The notes under the pieces: model-generated
Database searches by the model: none
What the model saw: only the letters and a program-made list of their open reading frames with translations
What the model was told of the DNA's origin: nothing
Assembly: GCA_951406725.2 (NCBI GenBank)
Contig: OX597826.1
Location: 73,842,001-73,906,000, forward strand
DNA: 64,000 bases
Source of the DNA: Octopus vulgaris
Lineage: Eukaryota
Direction of reading: 5' to 3'
Shown: piece by piece, positions 13,180-25,200 of the stretch
Layout: every line of letters begins with the position of its first letter
Position numbering within the stretch: the stretch's first letter is position 1
Translations under genes and position numbers: made by a program

Positions 13180-14446
13180 TTAAGTCATCTGTTGTTACAA
13201 ACATTTCAAAATGCCCTTTGTTTCTTTTTGAAGCTCAAGTGATTTTTCCTTCACCTAGGGACATAATCAAGAGTGTTCTGGTTGATTTCATTAGTGTTGG
13301 CAGTGAGCATCCAACTGGCTTCCGTGCCAGTGGCACGTAAAAGGGCACCATTTGAGCGTGATCATTACCAACGTTGCCTTACTGGCACCTGTGCTGGTGG
13401 CATGTGTAAAAGGATTCGAGCGAGGTCATTGCCAGTACCGCCTGACTGGCCCCCGTGTTGGTGGCATGTAAAAAGCACCCACTACACTCTCGGAGTGGTT
13501 GGTGTTAGGAAGGGCATCCAGCTTTAGAAACTCTGCCAGATCAAGATTGGAGCCTGGTGCAGCCATCTGGTAAACATCTAGTGTTGCGAAGAAAATGATG
13601 ACGGCAATATTAAACCAAGAAGAAAGTTGGTGGAATGTTGGATGCATTCAGTTGATGCGAGGGGTAGAAAGCCTGATGTTTCAGACTTGTGCCGTGAGCA
13701 GAGAGTGGAAGATTACAAAAGTATCGTTTAGTTGGCCAGCACTGATAAGAAATGATCTTCTGCTGTCTGATAATGGGTTGGAACCTGAGACATTCAACTT
13801 TCTATTCCTCAAGGCAATTGAATTTACTAAAAGAGGTAGGGCATCCAGCCGTAGAAACATTGCCAGATTAGACTGGGCCTGGTGCAGCCTTCTGGCTTCC
13901 CAGACCCCAGTTGAACCGTCCAACCCATGCCAGCATGGAAAGCGGATGCTAAACGATGATGATGATGTGAATGAGTACTTTCGTTATTAGCAGTTAATTG
14001 TGAAAGTGAGGCTAAGTTGTGTGATTGTTTATTTTTAGAATGACAATTTTTAGGGTAAGCCTGAGAGGCTGGATCTGGCCGTTTGAACATAAAACAGGTA
14101 GAATATTTGGACCAAATATAGTAAGTTTAAATGCTAAAGGGTTAAAGAACTATCTCTCAGTCATCATCATCATCAAACATTTGTTTTCCATGCTGGCATG
14201 AGTTGGAGAGCTTGAATGGAGCTGGCCAGCCAGAGAGCTGCATCGGTTTCCATCTTTCTGTTTTGGCATGGTTTCTATTTCTTAATGCCAATCACTCTAC
14301 AGAGTGCACTCAGTGCTTTTCATGTGGCACCAGCATGGGTGCTTTATATGTGACCACTAGTATGGATGCTTTCTACATGGAACCAGCACCCACAAGCTCC
14401 ATGGCATTTAAACAATAATAATACATTAGAAAACTAAACCTTACAT

Positions 14447-14647
14447 CAGTGCTTTTCAAACTTTTTGCTGGAGCGGAACCCCAAGGAAACATTCCACTGG
14501 CTCACGGAACCCCTGTGCAATAATTTAATAGTCTTATGCACACCTATCTGCACAGGAGAATTAAAAATTACTGCCGATTTTAGCAGTTTTGTAAGTTCTT
14601 GCGGAACCTCTGGACTGTGCTGGCAGAACCCTGGTTGAAAACCACTG
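14447..14647. mobile_element. hAT MITE
   Basis: Perfect 8-bp TSD CCTTACAT; TIR CAGTGCTTTTCAA/TTGAAAACCACTG. Confidence 0.92.
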
Positions 14648-16640
14648 CCTTACATATAGGAGAACATGGAATTGGAAACAATGAAAAGTTCATATAATGC
14701 ACTCCTCAAGATGATGTGAGTTTTGAACTGATGCTGGTGATAATAATATAACTTACTTTATACAATTTACTGATCTCAGCAGTTAACTAATTTTATCTTC
14801 TTCAAATTCTAATGTTCTGGCTTTTGTTTTATAAAAGATAAAAATATAAATATCATTCATTGTCAAACATAAAATATCCAATCTGTTTCAAGATGCAAAA
14901 CCTCATAAAGTAGATGACAAGGAAAGGAAAAACAACAAAAGATCTGGATTCAGCCTCTGCAAACATAGGCAGAATGAATGTGAAATGATGATGTAATTAT
15001 ATTTGTTGATGAAATCATCAATTATGTATAAAGTGTGCACATGCACATAAATGATTAATTTGTATAACAGCTAAATCAAGGGTGTCAGATTTCTTTGTCT
15101 TTGCAGGCTGGATTGAAGCATAAATAAGACTGTATGGGTTGGGTAGAGACAATTATTCCTCAAAGATCCTATTCGTAATCTAGGCCAAAATAAATAGGCA
15201 TAGGGGCCGATGTGAAATAATAAATTTATTAGCAGTAAATGAATGAAAGAAAGAAAGAGGTGTTAGCAAAGTTTATATGCAGAGATGTACAGGGACAAAT
15301 TTATCGACTGGTGTAATATATATTGGCCTGTTTAGTCTTTAGGGCAGTGGTTCTTCTCTCAAGGATACATGTGGCCCTCAAGCATCCTTCCAACAGCCCT
15401 TGATGGTCTTCCCTCTTATTATCATCATTTAATGTCCATTTTCCATGCTGACATAGGTTGGATAGTTTGGCAAGTGCTGACCAACTGAAGGGCTGTTCAG
15501 GCACCATGTCTGTTTTGGCATGGTTTCTACAGCTGGATGCCCTTCTTAACACCAACCACTTTTCAGAGTGTACTGGCTGCTTTACACAGCACTGGCATGG
15601 GCTTTTTTTGCCCGGCACCAGCACTCACGAGTCTGCAAGATTAAAGATGCTCAGCTGGAGAGGGTTGCAGGAGCAACCTCACTTTTACTTAGCTTGACAT
15701 GTCTTTTCAAGCACAGCAAACCACCAGGAGGAGTCTTGGTCCCCTGTCATCCTCCCCACTCTAAGTCCCAATATAATAAATTTTAACCTTGATTGACTTG
15801 TGTTTTACTTTTTTGGGGGTGTAGTCTCTAAAAACATCCAGGTTTTGGATCTGGCCTGGATATAGAAAAGTTTAAGGAACACTGCTTTAGAGTGTGAATG
15901 GAAATAGAGATTTTGGAAATGAATTCATACAGATCTTGAGAAAACCATTGATTGATAGAAAACTTGCACTGTTTCAGCTGCAAATCTTTTCAGTATCATT
16001 CCTATTAAGGCAGTGAACTGGCAGAAATGTTAGCATGCCAGGCAAAATGCTTAGCAGTATTTCGTCTATCTTTACGTTCCGAGTTCAAATTCTGCCGAGG
16101 TCAACTTTGCCTTTCATCCTTTCAAGGTCGATAAATTAAGTACCAGTTGCATACAGGGGTCGATCTAATCGACTGGTCCCCTCCTCAACAATTTCAAGCC
16201 TTGTGCCTAGGATAGAAAAGAATATCATTCATATTACTAAAACCCATTTGGACAAATGTATGTGTAAATTAGGAAACAATGATATTTTTGGGGGCTTGGT
16301 GTGTACATAGACAAAATGAAGGGAAATAGGACACATCTTTTAGTAAATGGATTTATAAGTTTTTTTTTTATTGGATGAGATAAATGATTCACTGAGGTGT
16401 ATTGTTCTGACTAATTGGGACTGGTTGTTACTGTACTTGATAGAATATTTAAGAAATTAAAATAAATTTTTTTACAAGATTGTTGTTGCTGAGCTAGATC
16501 ATCTTTAAGAGATTGGGACAAAGCAGTTTGATCTGCTCCCAGCGGTTTGAAACTACTAAACATTCACTTCTGAACTGTATGGTTTTAGAAAATTACTTTG
16601 TAAATCTCACAACGAAAGATATTCAGCAACAGTACTTTGG

Positions 16641-16873
16641 AGTAAAGATTGTTTGCCAACATAACATGGTAGTCCTGGTTCAGGACGAATGTTGCTATAA
16701 TTTAGCCCCGGGAGACATCGTCTCCAGCTGGCTGTACGATTCCCTTGTTCGAAAATATAAGGATACAGATCGTGTTATATAGCCATCTGGAGACAATGTC
16801 TCCTGGGGCTAAATTACAGCAACATTCATCCTAAACCAGGACTGCCATGTTATGTTGGCAAACAATCTGTACT
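16641..16873. mobile_element. Foldback MITE with ~95-bp inverted arms
   Basis: 16641-16736 is the reverse complement of 16778-16873; right end ...ACTG TA is pogo/Tigger-like. Confidence 0.8.
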
Positions 16874-19221
16874 GTATAGTTTTAGTTTGACATATAGAAA
16901 TACAAAGTGAAGATTATTGAGGAAATTTTCTGCCTTGTTTTTAAAATGCCAGACATTGCCAATGGATAGATTTATTCTGCTTTTTTCTTCAGTTTTAAAT
17001 ATTCTTTTGTTTATCTGAGTATTTGACTAACCCTTTTCTTATATTTCTGTTGAAATACATTATCTTTCAATGAATTTGAAAATAATGATAAAGTTAGTAT
17101 GTAAAATAGCCTTGTCATTATTAAACCTGAGTTTAGAATTAAAATCAATGCTGGGCAAAATGTTTAATGGCGTTTCATCTGTCTTTATGTTCTGAGTTCA
17201 AATTCTGCTGAGGTCAACTCTGCCTTTCATGCTTTCAGGGTTGATAAAATAAGTACCAGTTGAGTACTAGGTTGGGGTAATTGACTGACACCCACCTTCT
17301 AACTTGCTGGCTTTGTTCCACAGTTTGAAACCAATAATGGAAGGTAGATTAGTTTAAGAAAAAAGTGTGATACAAACTTTTTAAAAGTTTAAAAGGTTTT
17401 TGTATCACAGAACTAAGAGCATTTTCAGGTGGGTTGGTATCGAAAAGGTTAATAAAGGAAAAAATGTTAATTTGAAGATACAGAAATATTCTATAAGCAT
17501 GCAGTAATTATGTATCATTTAAAAGTTTATCAAGTATCCACATACTGAAATAATACTGTTACATTAACTAAATTTTACCTAATTATTGCAGTTAATTTTA
17601 AAAAATCAAATATTTGTAGAGGGTTAGTAAAAAAAGAAACTGCTGGTGTTTGGAAAATAAATCCAAAATGAACAGTTTTGTATCATAGTCCAGGTACAGT
17701 TTCAGTAGGATGATGTCAAAAGGGTTTCATAGTTACTTGGATGTCTGGACATACAGTGATATGCTTTCTTTAGGGATCGATTTCTTTTAGTGTCATCATC
17801 TGATATAAACCTAATTTGTTTTACTTAGTATCTTAGTAAAAATTCATCCCAAGGCTTCTGATACTATAAATCCTCTTTGTTTGGCATGTATTTGATATAA
17901 ACGAACTGTTTGCAGCCGCCATAATGTCCATATTTCTATGCTTGCGTGGCTCAGACAGAATTCAGATTTTTCTGTTGCCAGATAACCATCTTCTTGCAGA
18001 AGATTGAAAACAAAGGACACTGCTTGTATTGCAATGATGCTCAAACTGTTGTGTGACGTCAAGACATGTACACACAAATGCAAATATAACCACATGCATA
18101 CACATGTGGTCTTCTTTCAGTTTTTGCCTACCAAATCCATTCAAAAGGATTTAGTTGGCTTCGGCCACACATAATAGAAAGTACTTACTTACCCAAAGTG
18201 CTGTACAGGATCACTGATCTTGAGACTACATATTAGGATGTGAACTCCTTCAACACACAGCTATTCCTGTGCCTCGTATCATCATCGTTTAACGTCCGTT
18301 TTCCGTGCTAGCAAGGGTTGGACAGTTCAACCGGGGTCTGGGAAGCCAGGAGGCTGCACCAGGCTCCAGTCTGATCTGGCAGTGTTTCTACAGCTGGATG
18401 CCCTTCCTAACGCCAACCACTCCATGAGTGTAGTGGGTGCTTTTTACCTGCCACCGGCACAGGTGCCAGGGGAGTCTGGCAGTGGCCACGATCAGTTGGT
18501 GCTTTTTATGAATTAAAAAATTAATCTCTGGTGGATAAATTCACTGCATTTCAAGCTGCATTATAACAACCATTTTATCATTTCTTCCATTTCATCTGAT
18601 CATTTGAAGTGTGTATTGAGATAGCCCCACTTCTGTATAATTTCTTTACACACTAATCCTTCCTCACAGCTATTAAATCGTCAGTCACCAAGGTTTTTTT
18701 CTTAAGATTATCATTGTTGAAACAACACTCAATATTTAGTTACTGAACATTGAATTTTACATGATTTAATCAAACTGTTCTGAGAAGTAGTTCCATAATT
18801 TACCCCACAAAATAGTATATGACATATATATATTTGTTTAAATAATCTAGCCATCTCCGAACAGCTTGCTCACTGAATCCAACTTAATACTTAAAAAAAA
18901 AAAAGCCCATTAATGTAATGAAAGTATTGTTAAAACTGTTAAATTTTTTATATTTAACAGCTTCGTTGACAGGTAATGCAATAAACCATTAAGTTTTTCA
19001 TTTAAAAAAAAAATCATGTTTTCATCTCTCAAAGCAAGCACACATGCACATGAAGAGACATGCATGCATGTATGCACACACATGCAAGTGAGTACACATG
19101 CACATAGTTATTCAATTCTTTTCCTTTCTCTCTCCAGGTGTTATCCGTCTCCATGGTTGGACTGTGGATAACATAGATTCTTACATTAACAACTTCAAGT
19201 ACTTCTAACTAGTACTTAAAG

Positions 19222-19233
19222 ATGTCAACTGCT
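19222..19233 (+). CDS. ATRX: ATRX coding exon 1 (MSTA); exon spans 19138-19233 including 5' UTR
   Basis: Strong acceptor ttcctttctctctccag|19138, aagATG with in-frame upstream stops, donor gct|gtaagt; phase 0 fits the next exon. Confidence 0.6.
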
Positions 19234-22200
19234 GTAAGTATCTTTTAGAATTGTTTCTCACACTCTTGCATTGTCTCCAGTGCTTCCAAAGATTTTCTTA
19301 CTAACATCTATTAATGGCTAACTTTCAGTTCAGTGAGTTGTTAATTCCATTCTGGCTTTATAAAATATGTCTTCAGTTATTCCAAATCACTTGGAACGAT
19401 TTTCTTAATGGTACTGAAAATTTGTGCAGAGAGAGAGAGAGAGAACTTTATAGGCTTTAAGTATTGGTGTTTTGCATGGTTGTCAGGAAAACAACTTCAG
19501 CATTAATCAGTAAAAAAAAGTCTGTTTGTGATACAATATGGTGAAAGTTTGTTCGTTAGTCTGTTAATATGATTTTTTTTCCTATATAAATACTTTTGAT
19601 AAGAACTAAACCACATCTTTAAAGCACAACGATATTTTAGTTTTAGGATAGCATGTTGACTGAACATTAAAGTATTTTTTAGTTAAATTTTAGTCACATG
19701 TCTACTCAATAATAACTACAATAAAACTAACAAAGGCTTTTAAAATTAGGAAAGCATAGCAAAATCACCCTGTGGTGACTAGTGATGGTAAATAGAGGAT
19801 GGTAGTGAGATTTTAATAGAAATATTTTGAAGGTTCTTTTTACTTTTCCTTACATTTTACAATATTGGATGGTTTCTAAAATGGTCCCTCTATTATACAC
19901 TTCGGTACAAATAAATTTAACATTAAGAAATTTCATTATGAATTTTTATGCACATCTAATGTGGCAATATTGTTTTGGTACAACACTAAACCCTGCCATT
20001 TTGTCTAGAGTCCACTGTTGACCAAACTCATCACTTCTCATTGCATTATATTTATGTTTTAACACTTCTGTTAGCTGTTGAGTTCCTCATCCCAAACTTG
20101 AAGTGAAACAATGGGTTGTTATTAGTGTGAAATGCCTTCCACAATTTAGTTTGTAATTGTTTTAATAAATGTTATTTAAGATGTAGCATAAGATTCATGA
20201 TCTGAGAACTTGTTGTTTTCTATAATGTTTTATAGTCTAACCCATGCTAGCATGGAAAGCGGATGCTAAACGATGATGATGATGATAGTGAGGGAAATAA
20301 ACTTTATCCTTGCTGGTTTCATTGAGCAAATGTTTTTACATTTTAATTTACCTATACCTTTAATATCCATGTGGTTGTTTCTATTTTAATAGAAAATATA
20401 GTTTTTCTTAGTTTTATTTAATGATCAGTAAGTCTTATCCAAGTGATTTCTTAAGAAAATGTTTTGCTCATACCAATATACCTTATTTTATGAAAAACTT
20501 TTGGCTAATAGTATTGCCTGCAATTAACTGAGACTTGTGCTGGCGTTCTGATTATCAGTAGACTTCACTGTTGATAGTTTGGTAGTTATAAACTATGTCT
20601 TATCTCTAAGTATATTGAAATTTTTTCACGGTTCCCCTTATCTCTTTCAGAAATATTTTGAAATGTTGAATTTTATTCTTCTTTCACCAATTCTCCTGAA
20701 CACTTTTCCAAGAAACAATACTTTGATTCTATTTCTTCAGCAGGTTTTTTTCCTGCTCCTTTTTCCTGATATTCCTGTGGTTTAGAATCTATTTCTTTCT
20801 TTATTCCTAGAATATCTGTGGTTCTACTTGGACTAATTGGTTCATGGTTTTACAAAAATAAATTAATATTTAAAAAAAAAATAGTTTGAGACCCCTTATT
20901 AGTGATGAGTAATATGCATATTTTCTCTTCTGGAATAATTTTTTGGTTAAACAATCCATTTGCTTCTATTGTTACGTATAATTTCTTTAGTATTAACGTT
21001 TTCTTCTTCATATTTCTTCCCTTTCTCACCTACTAACTATTTTAGTTCTTCTATTTCTTCACTTCTTTTGGTCTTTTTCACTGTTTGGAACTTCTAATCC
21101 TAATATATTGTTTCCTTTTTACTTTTTTAGAGTACGAGTAAAGATCGGAAAGGCACCTCTAGGAGGTAATTTGATTTCCTCATTCTTGCTCCCTTCTCTA
21201 AATGTCTAATTCCCAGTTCTCACAATCCCATCCTTTGCTTTGTCATTCACGACCTAAGTGTACCTTATCTCGTGAAGCATTTCTTCCAGTTTACCTCTGA
21301 AACCCCTAATCTCTCATTGTTATTATTGTTCAGGCAAAAAACTTATCCAAATTCTATTAATGATTGTTATCAACAATTAACAAGAATAGTATATTTTTAT
21401 AATAAATTATCTAGTCTATGAGTTATATCTACATATTTGACATCACATATCCTAAGTTGCTTGTATAGCTACATCAAAATAATATGCCGAGAGTATCTTT
21501 TTATATTCTCTCTCTACCACAATGTTATTATAGGGTTGAAAATTAAGACAATTAGATTTTTAAAAAAAAGAAAAAAGCTATTACTCGCTCATATCAGTTA
21601 ATAACATAAAAACTATTTTTTTTATCTGCTATCTCATTTTTTAAAATTATGTTTTCTTGAATAATGGCAGTAGAAGAAGTTTCTTGAACAATGGTAGTAG
21701 AAGATGAATATCATACTGTTTGCTCTTTAACCCTTTAGTGTTCACATCATTCTGCCAAAACTAATTCTTTTTTATCCACATTGTTTTGAACTAATCATGC
21801 ATTATCTTGTAGCTATGAAATTTTGATGAGGTAGCTGTTAATTTTTAAAACGATATAGTAGGGTTGGTCTGAGAGACCAGATCTGGCCAGTTTGAACATA
21901 AAACAAGCAGAATACTTTTGGCTGGATATGGCCAGTTTAAATGCTAAAGGGTTAAACAAGAGCTTCCCTTTGATTGTTGGTTTTTGAAATCTTAATGTTA
22001 AATTCCAAGTTCTTCTCTTTTGAAACTCATACATGAAATCTGATTGCCATTGTAAAATCAAGAACTTGCTCTATGTATGTTTGAGAACATAAATTGAATA
22101 AACTGAAAGTGAACATCAATTATTCCTTTTTGTAGCTTAAATATCACAGATTAAATACATGTAGTTATGGTAAAGTATCTGTATGAACTTGTATATAAAT

Positions 22201-25200
22201 ATTGTTAGACTAAATGTATCTGTATTTTATGCACAAGTACTGGTCTGCAGTAAGCTTATTTTATTAGAAGTTGTGTATATAATTTCTTTTATGCTTAGCA
22301 TGTAAATATGCTATTTAGATTGATGACTTGCTGAGACACAAATAATACAGCATGTACACTATAAATGTAAATTTATCATCATCATCATCGTTTAACGTCC
22401 GTTTTCCATGCTAGCATGGGTTGGACGGTTCGACCAGGGTCTGGGAAGCCAGGAGGCTGCACCAGGCTCCAGTCTGGTCTGGCAGTGTTTCTACAGCTGG
22501 ATGCCCTTCCTAACGCCAACCACTTCGTGAGTGTAGTGGGTGCTTTTTACGTGTCACCGACACAGACGCCAGTCAGGCGGCACTGGCAACTGCCACGTTC
22601 GGATGGTGCTTTTAACGTGTCACCGGCACGAGTATCTTAACAACAATTTCCATTTGATTTTCATTTTGATGTTGGTGTTAACGTACTTGACTCAATAGGT
22701 CTCCGTAAATTTATTTACCAACATCAAACTGTTAAATTTTGTGTGATGAAAATGAATGTTGAGAACTAAGTTACAATTAAGAGAGACTTTTAAACAAAGT
22801 AGTCGGAAGAAATTATAAGAACTTCCTAAAGATGGAGAAGGTTGGAGAGAAGCCATGTTACATCCAATTTCTGTCAGCTTGATGGATACGTGTTGGTGAT
22901 CACTTGAGACAATATGTCCATTTTCTATTTTACAATTTGTAATTAATATCAATGTAATTAAGACCAAAGCAGCTGTTTAACCCTTTAGTGTTCGGATTAC
23001 TCTGTTAAATGTAATGCTTTTTTATTTAAATTGTTTTGAATTAATCATGCATTACCTTATAGCTTTGAGGTTTCAATGATGTGATTGTTTATTTTTAGAA
23101 TGTCAATGTAGGTTAGGTGTGAGAGGCTAGATATGGCCAGTTTGAATATAAAACATGTAGAATATATTGGGCCGGATTTGGCCAGTTTAAACACAAAAGG
23201 GTTAATACACTCTTAGCTAGAATTCACATGTATAGAGTTGCATGTTGTATTTATTTCTTCTTCATGAACAACTTTGTATATAAAGGCACAATATTGTTTA
23301 TTTCCAGTAATTGTTCTTCTCTGGATAAGAAACCACTGGCTAATCGAAAGTCACAGGCATCATCGTCTGCAGAAGAATCTGGAGGAGATTCCAGTGCAGA
23401 ATTAGATGCTGCAGGGAGTACAAAAGATTCAGAAGCTTCCAGGGAGCCAGAGTTGAATCCGGAAGATAGTGATGACGAACGTTGTCGTTCACATTCACCT
23501 GAAGGTAAACTTACTTACTAATGCCACTAAATTGCACCTTACACTTTGTTCTTCCAATGCTGATTACCTGTATATCTTATACAGGTAATCTTATACAAAT
23601 GTTAATATATTTCACTTGTTTCACTCACTTCTGTCTGAGTTCTAGAAGATGCATTACTTTTCTTCTTCATAATATTTTTTTGGCTTTGTTGCAGGTTCGC
23701 TCGGAAAATCCAATCCACTTGATGCAATCAAAAACTCAGAAATACCTTCTAAACGCCGAAGTAGTCTGAAATCATCTTGTAAGTACTGTTATTCTTAGAC
23801 AAAAGTTTGTTACAGTAAAAACGAGGATTTAGTCTCAAGTCCCTTTTCTCTCTCTCTGCATATAATGTGTCTCACAATATCGACCAGACTGTTGGATGTT
23901 CTAGTTTTAGCTTTTGAACGATGACATCCTGCTGGCTAGGGGAGCTGGCCAGTAGTCTCCCTGACCGGAGGGGTAACCTTTTTACAGCTGAGTGGACTGA
24001 AGCAACAGGAAATGAAGTGTTTTACACAAGTACACACCATGTTGCTTGTCTGGGAATCGAACCCACGATGTAGTGATTGTGAGTGCAATGCCCTAACCAC
24101 TAGGCCATGCACTTTACACACACAGAATAAAATTCCTGTTTGCAAATTCTTTGTCTGAGGGTTTATTCAACCAGACTGATTGAAATAAACTGTCGGGTGA
24201 AACAGATCCCCCCCCCCACCATTTAACCTGGATTTTACAACAGATTTTCTATTCTCAGTATTGAGCTCTCCAATCTGTAAATATTTGGTTGTTATTCTTA
24301 AATTTGGTGTAAAATAAGAACTTCAATCTAATGCACACACACACACACAAACAAAAGTAGATATTGTTAGAGGACAGGTCATTCTGACTCATCAAAGTAT
24401 GATAAATAAATGAAATAATAGGTAGATCCTGTTTTATCTAATATAGCGGAAAAAAAAAAAAAACTGGGAAGTACAAGGTAATTATCTTGGCAGACATTAT
24501 TACATGATTAACTTTAAATGGGGTCTTCTCAGTGGGCCTTGTTTTTTTTCTCTTGTAATTGAGCCAATATTATTTCACTTAAATGATCCACCATATGCAG
24601 GATTCTTTACCTCTTCAGGGTGGGAAGCAAACCTAATTATTAAAACCCACTTGCATATGTATTTTCATGTTTAATGAAAGATTCTTCACACAGTATTACA
24701 GTATTTAGGACAAGGAAACAACACAAACAAACATGATGCTAAATGTTTCAGCTTATTAAGCTGCTCCCTAATTGACGCTTTATTCGTCATCATCATATAT
24801 CTGTTTTCCATACAATGTGTACTGGTTGCTTTTTAGAATGCACCATCACCATCATGGTCACCAAATATACTACCAATATATTTCTAATTTAAACTGAAAC
24901 GAGCTCTACATTCTGTAATCTTTGAATAAAAGTGATTTCTGTAAAAAAAAAACATTATATTACATATCCCCATTTGTGTTTTAACATAATTTCTCCATGC
25001 TAGAATGGGTTGGGTGGGTCTACTTAATTCATTATATTTTAACTGAATTCAGTATCCTGTGTTTTCTGGCATACAAGTTGACAGTATACAGTGTAAAAAT
25101 ATCCTATAAACATTCAAACATCGTCATTATCTTTCCAAATCCTGCCGCATTTCACATGGAATGTTTGATCCTCAAAAATCGTCTTGGGGTATCAGCTGAC

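Noticed and set aside
11088-13990. ORFs of 130-137 aa (11088-11501, 13595-13990) and many similar short ORFs across the window
   Set aside because: They translate SINE or decayed repeat sequence (recurrent peptides such as [14 protein letters not shown] and LDALPNANH)
24739-24772. Minus-strand AGCTT-AAT-AAGCT-GAAACATT, like the 3' half of a hammerhead
   Set aside because: No recognisable N-UGA-N-N-A core upstream; too degenerate to call
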